Shown in pieces: positions 1 through 9,255 of a stretch of 11,134 bases of DNA. The position numbers were made by a program, and so were the translations under genes. Source of the DNA: Azolla caroliniana. Taxonomy: Eukaryota > Plantae > Polypodiophyta. The DNA lies in contig JBHGNT010001187.1 in the NCBI GenBank assembly GCA_043228905.1, forward strand, positions 1 through 11,134, in the 5' to 3' direction. Position 1 is the stretch's first letter. Each line of letters starts with the position of its first letter. The notes beneath the pieces were generated by a model that worked only from the letters and a program-made list of their open reading frames with translations, did no database searches and was not told the origin of the DNA.

Positions 1-1119
1 ACACTTTATGGATTGGATAATGGTAGCATGCAATCGCCGTCCTTCAGTTTGTGCTCCTAGATTGCCTAAAGCATTCAAAAGTATAAGAAAGCTTGCTTTA
101 CTTGGCAAAATTCCTTCATGTAGCATTTGACAATAAAGCTGCTGAACTTCTACACATTTTCCACCATTCTTATACGCTGCAAGTAATGCACTCCAAGATA
201 CGGTGTTTCTCTGTTGCATACTGTCAAACATATTTGAGACATCATTCAAGCTACCACACTTTCCATACATAGAAACAAGGGCGGTTTCAAGAAAGACATC
301 CAAGTTGAAACCAAAATGTATGATAGTAGCGTGGATAAGCTTACCTGATACCAAAATATCATAACCTTCACATGCTGAAAGAAGAGTGCTATAAGTTATT
401 TTGTTTGCTAGAAAACCCTGTTGTGACATATGATGGTAAATTTGTAGGGCATCTTTTCCACATCCATGATCAGCATAGGCAGACACCATGGATGTCAAAA
501 GAACCACATTCTTCTCTTTCATTTTGTCGAAAGTTTCTCGTGCATCTTTCAGACTACCGCATCGCCCATACATGGTAATGATGGAGCTACATACAACAAC
601 ATCAACATCAACATCATCACCACATTCTAATAACAAGGAATGGATTCTTTTGCCATCATCCAGAGAAGAACAAACACGGAAGAGGTTCATGAGAGTAACC
701 TTGTTAGGAAAGATCCCATCAAGGAGCATCTGATTGTAGAGATGGATAGAATCATCATAAGCAACACATGAAGAGATCATCATAGTCCATGTGACAACAT
801 TTCTAGATGGCATTGCATCAAAGATTCTTCTACAATCATTCATGTGACCGCAATTTTTGAACATGTTGACAAGGGATGATCCAACAACAACATCGGAATC
901 GAAAGAACTGTTTAGAATGATACAATACATTCTCTTGGCATGGTATGTGTAGGTGTGGCATGTGAATGAAGAAATGAGACATACAAAGGTTGCCTTAGAA
1001 GGAAGTAATCCTTGAGCCTGTATCTGGTGGAAAGCTTGAAGAGCATCTTCCACTTGTTTTCTCTGAGAGAACTCTTTGATGATATGATTCCATGCAGATA
1101 TCTCTCTCTCCACCACCAT
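1..1119 (-). CDS. PLS-class pentatricopeptide repeat protein, candidate organellar RNA-editing/processing factor; 3'-partial, continues left of the window
   Basis: Manual minus-strand translation from ATG 1119 gives 373 stop-free codons: MVVEREISAWNHIIKEFSQRKQVEDALQAFHQIQAQGLLPSKATFVCL...VVVGSSLVNMFKNCGHMNDCRRIFDAMPSRNVVTWT...SSIITMYGRCGSLKDARETFDKMKEKN...ETALVSMYGKCGSLNDVSNMFDSMQQRNTVSWSALLAAY...GRRLHATIIQSIKC. This parses as P-L-S x3 followed by P-L (11 motifs) with the hallmark MYGKCGSL..A...FD.M and G..IH signatures. Any E/DYW domain would lie outside the window. Confidence 0.93.
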   Translation of the reverse strand, partial: MVVEREISAWNHIIKEFSQRKQVEDALQAFHQIQAQGLLPSKATFVCLISSFTCHTYTYHAKRMYCIILNSSFDSDVVVGSSLVNMFKNCGHMNDCRRIFDAMPSRNVVTWTMMISSCVAYDDSIHLYNQMLLDGIFPNKVTLMNLFRVCSSLDDGKRIHSLLLECGDDVDVDVVVCSSIITMYGRCGSLKDARETFDKMKEKNVVLLTSMVSAYADHGCGKDALQIYHHMSQQGFLANKITYSTLLSACEGYDILVSGKLIHATIIHFGFNLDVFLETALVSMYGKCGSLNDVSNMFDSMQQRNTVSWSALLAAYKNGGKCVEVQQLYCQMLHEGILPSKASFLILLNALGNLGAQTEGRRLHATIIQSIKC

Positions 1120-1125
1120 GGGAGG

Positions 1126-1194
1126 TTAAAGGTATGCCCCCAACAAAACTCTGTAAGGCTTCATGTTTGTATAGAACAGGAACCTTGAACCCAT
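1126..1194 (-). other. In-frame upstream ORF (MGSRFLFYTNMKPYRVLLGAYL*) of the PPR gene
   Basis: ATG 1194 (context gccataATGG) is exactly 25 codons upstream of ATG 1119, with a single TAA at 1128-1126 between them. Confidence 0.5.
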
Positions 1195-4130
1195 TATGGC
1201 ATTTGAAACAAACTGTTAAACCGTTAAACCAGGGTTTCGCGGTTTGGTTCGGTTCAAACTGAACCGTTGCCAATTGCTTCTTGTGAAGCATACGGGCTCA
1301 GCATTGACCCTAATAATTGGGTTTCAAGGTGCACAAACTTTGAACATGGCACCAAGTTTGTGTGGCACTAAGTAAAATCGGCATATTATACAATGATTTG
1401 ACTTTTCAACGCAGATTATTGGGGGAGAAACTTTTAGGAAGTTGGCTATTCGGAGGTTTTCGTATCCGATTTGGTCAATCTTTCAAGTCCCCCAAAACCT
1501 TAAATGTGCTAGATACATATTATCTTTAAGCAAAGTCACAACTTGAGTTGTGAACTTGGAGGGCACCCCATTTTATCACGTTCCAATTTCTCTACTTTAA
1601 TATATGGCAATTGGGAAAAAGACTATGTTGACAAGGCATTGAAGTGATAACCTTATCATTGTTGACTAGACTAGTTTTTGTACTAGATAAAAGTGTGGAC
1701 AATATTTTGATGGAAACTAGGGCCAAACAATCCATTCATCATTTATTTAGCCATATACTCATTCTTCCCATATTGGTTATCACCAATGGTGAGAAGAGTC
1801 AATGTTTTAATATGCACAATTTGCTCATCCATTTTTGTGAGAAAAACAATATCTACTTTCTTAGTCCAATGTCTTCATAAACCGATGTCCCTTTGATTTT
1901 TCTTTCTTATTTTAATTTATGCTTTATAACCCATTTTTTGCCTGGTGGATGTTATTTTCTTATGAGAATTTCCTAGCGTGCACTTTTTAGGTTTTAGAAC
2001 TGTTTTTTGCTATTAGGTTACAATCCTTAGGCAAACTACTTAAGGGGGAACACTTGCATTATTCCATGAGGATCATACTTCTTTGGTTCATGATCTTGTG
2101 GCTTTATGGAAATAAGAATCCAAGGTACGTTTGATGTAACATACCATAGTGAACAAAGGCTTGCACTCTGGGTTAACTCAATGTACAATGATTATTTCTT
2201 TGGTTTAATTCTAGTCCTTCTTATTAGAAAATTCATTGTTTCTTCAAAATAAAGATTGATTTTTTATGATCCTGTAAGATAGTTGTCACTTCCTAAGACA
2301 AAGAGAGATTATCAAGCGAGTGAAGCAACCAAAGGAAATTTCCATTCGAAAACACCTCTACAAACTATATGTTTCGAAACCATATAATCATTATTCATGC
2401 AATCATTATCAGTAACATGTTACAATTCTTCCCATTTTTTAATGTCTAAGTATATACTATTTGTGATACTTTCACGAGCCATTCTGATCATTCTGTTTTA
2501 CTTTTATATTGCAATATTTTTCAGGTGAATAAACTTGGGCATTTGAAGGTAGATTGTGAAGATCACACCACCACAAATAGTAACATGTGTTGGCAACTTT
2601 TGCACGCATGGGCCCAAATTCCTAATGTATGCCTCACATACACTAGACTAGGTAGTAGGGACAACACATTGCTTTAGAAAACTTTAGATTGGTGGGAGAG
2701 AGAAAAAGCCCATTTTCTCCCCGCTTCTAGCCCTCCGAAGCCATGCGTCCTCGCATATCACCCCTTTCATATCAAACCTTGGTCTAGGAATACATCCTTT
2801 TTTTTTCTAATCTATATGTTGCTACAATCCCCAGTAAGCAATCAAATCCCCACTCTTCTTTTAATTTATAAGTCATTACTGGGATGTGTCTCTACACACG
2901 TGAGTGCGCGTGCATGCATGCGCACACACAATAATGGTTAGTCTTATTTTAGTAGAATGACTTAGACCAATGTGAGTCTTGAGAGGTTAGTTCCAAACCA
3001 ATTTGTCATACCTTTTAAAGAAACCAATCTTGATGTGTATATCTCAAAATAGTGCATCGGAATATTGTGTCCAATAATGCATGTACAAAAAATAACTCTA
3101 TTATGTCCTTTTGTGGAGTGTTGAAATAACATATCAACAATCATTTAATTCTTTTATGTGATTGAACTAAAATAATGGTTATATTACATCAAACTTTTGA
3201 GTACCCATGAATGCATGGGGAGCCTCGATAATGTGTATGTGTGTGTATATATATATTCGTGGTTCTCATATATTCTTCAATAATCCAAAAAGTATGATGT
3301 GGCTTACTGAATTCTACATATATAAGTATGTGATTCCATATAGGAAAACTTGTGATTGAAGTATTTTGTCGATAATCAAACTCTTAAAAAAAAAAACTCT
3401 TCAAGAGTTTTAAAATAGTTTAGAATTAAACAGGAACACACAACAATAGACTTGCAATAATTTGCATAATCTTATCGCCGTGAAAGTCAATATTGTTGGG
3501 CAGCAATGAGAGAAGTTGATATTAAAGAATCGTTCCTTCGAGGTACAACAATTACCATTTAAAATAGTATAAATATGAATATGTATATATTCCTTTAACA
3601 AGCTTGCTTGCATCAAATGATGCTTTTGGCTTCCTCTAGTAAAAGGCCAATATTTATAACATGCTAATGCCAACATGTTTTGATTACGTATAAGGTCTTA
3701 TGTCATCAATCTAGTTTATGGGCAACGTCTTAGCCAATTATGACTTCTTGTACCATCGCAAAGTCAGAATGATTGTATGACTTTTCCTCCATACTTTGGC
3801 AACTAATTTTCCCCCTTAGATGCTACTAGTCTTTATTGAAATCAAGGGATTTGTGGAAGCAACTTAGAAAATGATGGACTAACTCCTTGGCCAAATGTTT
3901 TTGTATATAATGACATGTTTCATAATTCTGGTTGTCAACAGGCTAGCGAATTCATTTCTTGTGAACAAAGATATCATTGTTGATTGACTATAATTGTGTG
4001 ACCACTTCCACATTTCGTTTTTGAGGGGGACCTAGTCACTCCAACTGTTCACGACAGTGGACGTGGCGAGTGTATTGATCACATGCGTATAGTAATTAGG
4101 AATGGAGATAAATAAACGAGGAGAATGAAA

Positions 4131-4144
4131 GGGGGGGGGGGGGG
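4131..4144. repeat. G14 homopolymer
   Basis: 14 consecutive G residues. Confidence 0.95.
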
Positions 4145-4226
4145 CACAAGCAAACAAACCGTCATTGGGTAATGCATTAAGGAATTAGGTTAGTCGTTCC
4201 ATAACCTCAAGGATGTACGATTTGTT

Positions 4227-4235
4227 AAACCCTAA
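4227..4235 (+). promoter_or_regulatory. Telo-box (AAACCCTAA)
   Basis: Exact AAACCCTAA about 700 bp upstream of the TBC ATG; a known plant promoter element, function here untested. Confidence 0.4.
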
Positions 4236-4321
4236 TCTCTCTCTCTCTCTGTCTCCCTATATATATATATATACAATACACACACACACACACACATGTA
4301 TGTATGTATATATATGTGTTA

Positions 4322-4357
<36 letters not shown>

Positions 4358-4442
4358 TATATACATATGCACATGTATACATATACATATACTGTTATAC
4401 ATACATATATATATATGTACATATATGTGTGTGTGTGTTGTA
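4236..4442. repeat. Compound microsatellite (CT)n-(AT)n-(CA)n-(ATAC)n-(AT)n-(GT)n
   Basis: Directly visible; it generates the low-complexity YIYIHT/VCMY ORFs in the track. Confidence 0.95.
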
Positions 4443-4492
4443 AGAACGAAGCAATACACAATACATGCAATACATAGAGAACAGTTTGCATA

Positions 4493-4560
4493 AGCAAAAA
4501 AGCAAAAAAGCAAAAAGCAAAAAGCAAAAGGCCAAAGGCAAAAAAGGACAAAAAAGAAGA
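4493..4560. repeat. Degenerate (GCAAAAA)n A-tract repeat
   Basis: agcaaaaaagcaaaaaagcaaaaagcaaaagcaaaaggccaaaggcaaaaaagg. Confidence 0.85.
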
Positions 4561-4606
4561 AGAGAGAAATGCGAATCCGAAGCGGAAATGCCGGAAAAGC
4601 TCCCAA

Positions 4607-4644
4607 GCTGACGTGGCGGATTGGCCATGGCAGGCTGACGTGGC
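4607..4644 (+). promoter_or_regulatory. Paired GCTGACGTGGC (ABRE/G-box-like bZIP sites) flanking a reverse CCAAT box, probable TBC gene promoter
   Basis: GCTGACGTGGC at 4607-4617 and 4634-4644 with ATTGG at 4620-4624 between them, in a short GC-rich patch about 300 bp upstream of the ATG. Confidence 0.55.
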
Positions 4645-4872
4645 AGGGTGGCGGTTCCGCCCCACAAAAAAAAAAAGAGAGAGATAAAAAAAAAGTAATA
4701 AAAATTAAAAATTTAAAATAAAAATAAAAAGAAATAAAGAAAATAGAAAAATAGAGAGGTCTAATTTGTATGTGTATGTACATACTCTGTTTTTTTTTCT
4801 TATTGCTTGTTTCTCTCTCTGTCTACATATCCGTCTCTCTGTGTTTCTCTCTGTTTCTCTCTTAAATCTTTC

Positions 4873-4927
4873 CTTCTTCTTCTTCTTCTTCTTCTTCTTC
4901 TTCATTCTTCTTCTTCTTCTTCTTCTT
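4873..4927 (+). repeat. (CTT)10-CATT-(CTT)7 trinucleotide repeat in the probable 5'UTR of the TBC gene
   Basis: Counted from the sequence; it ends 21 nt before ATG 4949. Confidence 0.95.
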
Positions 4928-4948
4928 TTTCTGCTTCATTCTTCCACC

Positions 4949-7900
4949 ATGCCACTCAGTTCCACCTCTTCATGCGCATCAGACATGATGGACCTTGAAT
5001 CGCCCATAGATCCCACCAATTCCTCCTCCTCCATCTTCTCCCTACCACCATCTTCTGCTAATCCTGCGCCCGCCCCCCCCTCTACCTCCACACCCTCCCC
5101 TTCTCCGCCTCCGTTGCCTCATCATCATTCGGTACCACCCCGGCTTCGCGGCTTGAGATGGCGGGTCATGCTCGGCGTGCTCCCTCCTTGCCCCACCACC
5201 ATTGATGAGCTTCGCCGCGCTGCTGCAAATGGCCGGAGGAAGTAATGCTACCCATACTTCTAATACTAGTTTTTTTTTAAATCAAATTTTCATTTTCCTT
5301 TTTGTGTGCACGGATCTTCATCTTTATATCAATTCACCTCCTGTTTTTCCCCCCTCTTCCGGGTGCATGTTTTTATAGTGCATTTTTTCGGTATTAAGGT
5401 GTATTGTTTGCAGATCTTTATCTTCTTCTTTTTCAGATCTTTTGTAGTTTTTATAGTTTTGTTTAGGATCCCTAGATAATTTACCTTCTGTTTTGCAAAT
5501 GGGCGTATGGCATATCCTAATAACAACTCATTTTGTGGTCTTTTTTGCGATTTATTTTTGTATATTGCCATCTGATTAGCTTTTTCTCTGCTGAAAATGT
5601 CCGGAGGATGTATGCTTATCAAATTTATCCTCCATGTGATTTCTGTTTCGACATGTTTTTTTTTGTACTTTGCTTCAATTTCTATCTAATTGTGCTCTCT
5701 GTATTTTAGATACGCTGAGCATCGAAGGCGCCTGATCATTGATCCTCATCTAATGGAAGATTTGCAGAAGGCTGATAATCTACATGTGGATAATCCATTG
5801 TCACAGGATCCAAGTGAGGCTTAGATTCACGTGTCTTTTTAACATTCACTCAATAGTATTGACACAAGGGATACTTTAATTTGCATGGGTTTTTCTGATT
5901 CCATTCAATAGGATGATCCGACCAAGGGTTGAATTTGTGTAGTGTGTTCACTTTCACTTAGAAGGACCAATGTAAGACTTAAATTGGCATAGTTTTTCCA
6001 CCTCATTCAATAAAAGATCCACATAAGGCACATATACTTTGCATATGTTATTGAATTTCAGTATAAGAATCCAAGTATGTGCTCAATCTTTGGAAGACCC
6101 AGACTGGTGTATGTGAGATTTGAATTTTGCAATGTTTTGTAAATATTTACAATTGGTAAATTATGCATTCAACAAGGCCAGAGATTGACATTTTCTGTAT
6201 CCACCAACCACAAACGGATGGAGAAATCTATGGCATTGTTGATTCATTAAGGTTATGCACATGTTCATAACAATGCATGTAAATGCCATGGTTTGCAAAT
6301 ATTTAGAAATGGTGAAGGATTCATGCTTTCTTCCTTTTCCTGTTATGTTTATTTGCTTTGCAGAGAGTGTCTGGGGACGTTACTTTGAAAACAACAAGGT
6401 TGAGGGGACAATCAACACTGACTTGGCAAGGTTGTATCCAGAAGAACATGGTAGCTTCTTTCAGAGCAAAACATGCCAAGCCATTCTAAAGAGAGTTCTG
6501 CTAGTATGGGCTCTAATTCATCCTCAATATGGTTATCGACAAGGTACTATGGCGTGAACAATGAAGAGCGAATCTTCTCATAAAATTTGCGATTTAGTTG
6601 GTATATTCCGTTATGATCAATCTCCATGGAGTTCACACAGTTTTTGGGCTGTTTCTAGGAATGCACGAGTTACTTGCACCTTTGGTTTATGTTCTTCACA
6701 AGGATGTGGAACTGCTTACTAGAGTAAGAAAGAGGTACAAGGATCCATTTGAAGATAGGTTTGATACTGCACTCGAGGAAAATGCTTCTCATAATACCGA
6801 GGTGAGGCAAATGCTGCCCATTTTTGCAGCTCATTCAATTGATTATGCTCATGAAGCTATGTATCACGGAAATGTTAAGGATTGGGCTCAATGTCTTTAT
6901 CCTGAAGATGCAGCCCTATTAGAACCTGATGATTTCGGTTTTAGTCTTGAAACCATGTTGCGTGGGAGCGATAGCTATGGTGCCGAGGGGGAACTCGGTG
7001 ATTTGTTGTCTGTTAGGTTTTTGGAACATGATGCATATTGTTTGTTCGATGCCTTGTTGAAAGGGAATGATAGTTCCCTTGTGCTTGCTGATTACTATGT
7101 ACCTTCAAATGAGGGAAGGTCATGTGGGATGTCGCCTATACTAGAAGCATCTGCTGCCATGTATCAAACACTCTATAGTGTAGACATGCCCCTATACAGT
7201 CATCTAGTTGGGCTCGGTGTGGAGCCACAATTTTTTGCATTACGATGGTTCCGTGTGCTTTTTGGGAGAGAGTTTGAGTTGGCCGAATTACTTTTTGTCT
7301 GGGATGCAATCTTTGCATTGCCAAGCACAAGCCATGATGACTTTTTGGCTTCTCCAAAGGCTTGGCCAACTCGAAGCTCGTTTGTATCAAATTTCGCTGT
7401 TTCAATGCTGCTCCATTTACGATCCGCATTGTTAGCTACTTCTGATGCTGCAAGTTGCCTTCAAAAGGTATTAAGTTTTCCCAAGGATGTGGATATAAGA
7501 GGACTGATAGAGAATACCAAGGCTCTCGAACAGTCAAGTTCTGATGTATCTAAGAACACATTGTCCAAGAAGATGCGAGGTTTTACTCAGCAACTCAGCC
7601 AAAAGAATCACACTAAGCATAAAAACTGGTCTGATTCGCCATTTCAGCCTCATATCCCAGCTGCCACTAAAGGATTGCACACAAATTCTCCAAAGGCTGT
7701 CAAAAAATCTGTCCCAGAATCCTACTGGGAAGAGAGATGGATGAACTCCGTGCTCCCAAAAGCATCCTCATTGGAAGTTCATACCATTGATGGGAAGAAT
7801 AAACAAGCCGAAGCTCCAAGCAATGGGTTTGTTTCTAGTGTTGTGCAAAACGGTTCAAACCAGAAAGCCAGTCAAGATGATGCTGGAAAGAATACACAAG

Positions 7901-8582
7901 CTGAAGCTCCAAGCAATTGGTTCAATCCTAGTGTTGAGCAAAACTTGGTAAATGATGTTGGTTCAAATCAGAAACCAACTCAACATGCTTCCAATGACAA
8001 CATACATCCTAGGACAAGGCGGAAGCTATTTGCAACACCTGATATAGACCCCTTGGGTGTTACTCAAGTAGGCGTTGCAAGGAATGAGATGTGGATATCT
8101 GATGGAGAAACCTCCATCTCTGGCGATGATGAAGGCAAAAACATCCTTGCTGAAGATGCAAATGCAATTAGTGGCAGGCAAAACAGTAGAAGATTCTCAA
8201 CTGATGACCAGACAACGATAAACTCATCTCCTGAGGTGGGGGATCTGTCTTTGTCAATGCAAAAGGACAATCCAGAAGCTGCATTACGGACCCTCGGTCA
8301 TTCAATGGTTGATAGTATCAAGGTAACGTAGGGACATCTGGATATGTTTATATTAGTTTCAACTCGTAAACCAAGTTGTGTGATTAAGTTTTGTGCTTCC
8401 TATAGGTTCTTGAGAATGCCTTAACCCAAAAGGCAAATTTGGGAAGAGAAGGTGCTTCAACTGCTTTTAGAGAGACTGTGGACTCCTTTTCCAAAGCTTT
8501 CCTGAGTGGTAAAGGTCACATGGCAGCCTTATCAGCTCTTGGGGAGTTGAGAAAAATAAGTAACATGCTCCTGCAAATGTAA
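4949..8582 (+). CDS. TBC1D5: TBC/Rab-GAP domain protein, TBC1D5-like (Ypt/Rab-GAP gyp1p superfamily); join(4949..5241,5710..5813,6364..6543,6659..8322,8406..8582), 805 aa
   Basis: Four GT-AG introns with compatible phases (2,1,1,0) give a 2418-nt frame ending at TAA 8580-8582. Motifs: LRGLRWRVMLGVLP, RRRLIIDPH, DNPLSQDP-K-SVWGRYF, R-finger INTDLARLYP (IxxDxxR), Q-finger YRQGMHELLAP, HDAYCLFDAL, GVEPQFFALRWFRVLFGREF, ESYWEERW, and C-terminal LRTLGHSMVDSIKVLE...GKGHMAALSALGELRKISNMLLQM. These match what I recall of plant TBC1D5 homologues. ATGs at 4985/4988 are alternative starts. Confidence 0.93.
7789..7989 (+). repeat. In-frame tandem duplication (93-bp unit; copy 2 has a 15-bp insertion) within TBC exon 4
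   Basis: DGKNKQAEAPSNGFVSSVVQN-----GSNQKASQDD aligns with AGKNTQAEAPSNWFNPSVEQNLVNDVGSNQKPTQHA; the shared DNA core gaagctccaagcaat recurs 93 bp apart. Confidence 0.9.
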
Positions 8583-9255
8583 ATTGTACAATCAGTAATA
8601 CTGTGAAATTTTGTACAGGAACGTTAGGATTTAGCTTGTAGGTATATAGATATAGGATGCTTGTAAGCAAGAAGCATGCATCAAATTTGATATTGGTGCG
8701 TTCCCCTGGATGAGATCCATCCACACCATCATGTACCAATGGCAATTCTTTTATGACAAAGCTCATTGTTTCTGCATGAAACTTTTATGCCAATTAAATA
8801 ATGAACTATAAAGCAAACAGAACAGATGGCTAAAGTCTCATCCTGGCTGCAGATATAACAATCTGGAACAAATGGAGTTCCTAAGCTTAGGCTAAGCCAT
8901 AATCTAGATGCAGTAAGATTTAGTGAATATCTTCCATAAGATGAGCTGGTATAGAATTTGGACTACATGCATAGTGAACCTAAAGAAATACAATCTTCTA
9001 ACTTCCTGCAACTATTGCAAACTAAACATTTCACTAACGACCAAAGCTTCAGAAACAGAAGCCTCAAATATGTTTGCTGATTTCTCAATTAACTCTTGTA
9101 TTTCATTGTTCATTAGTTGTATTTGTTTCAGATATCCATCCTAGGTGTGGTAGATAGATATGAAATATCCCTCACATAACGCATGCCTATGATGGTTCAG
9201 AGTAGTAATCATGTCAATTGTACCTAGTATATAGAGATTATATATTGCATTTACA

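Noticed and set aside
372-733. Plus-strand ORFs of 68 and 81 aa
   Set aside because: Antisense shadows of the minus-strand PPR CDS.
995-1291. 98-aa minus-strand ORF overlapping the PPR start in another frame, considered as a frameshifted N-terminus
   Set aside because: No clear PPR motif or transit-peptide character. At most an overlapping uORF if the TSS is upstream of 1291.
1366-1380. CACTAAGTAAAATCG as a CACTA transposon terminus
   Set aside because: I found no matching inverted terminus or target-site duplication in the window.
3497-3545. Plus-frame peptide WAAMREVDIKESFLRG, resembling Copia RT (QLDIKNAFLxG) or the lead-in to a GGQ release-factor motif
   Set aside because: Too short, with stops nearby, and no further RT or GGQ motif follows.
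4032-4061. Minus-strand hairpin followed by CTAG, like a Helitron 3' end
   Set aside because: The hairpin-to-CTAG spacer is only about 4 nt, the next base is G rather than the expected T, and no 5' end was identified.
4213-4998. Numerous ORFs (YIYIHT, VCMY, poly-K, poly-L/F), including the hydrophobic non-ATG extension of ORF 4766..5245
   Set aside because: Microsatellite translation artefacts; the first in-frame ATG of the TBC gene is 4949.
6255-6658. N-terminal parts of ORFs 6255..6557 and 6598..8331
   Set aside because: Intronic read-through; homology starts only at the acceptors 6364 and 6659.
7136-8766. Short alternative-frame and antisense ORFs over TBC exons 4-5
   Set aside because: Shadows of the real CDS with no recognisable motifs.
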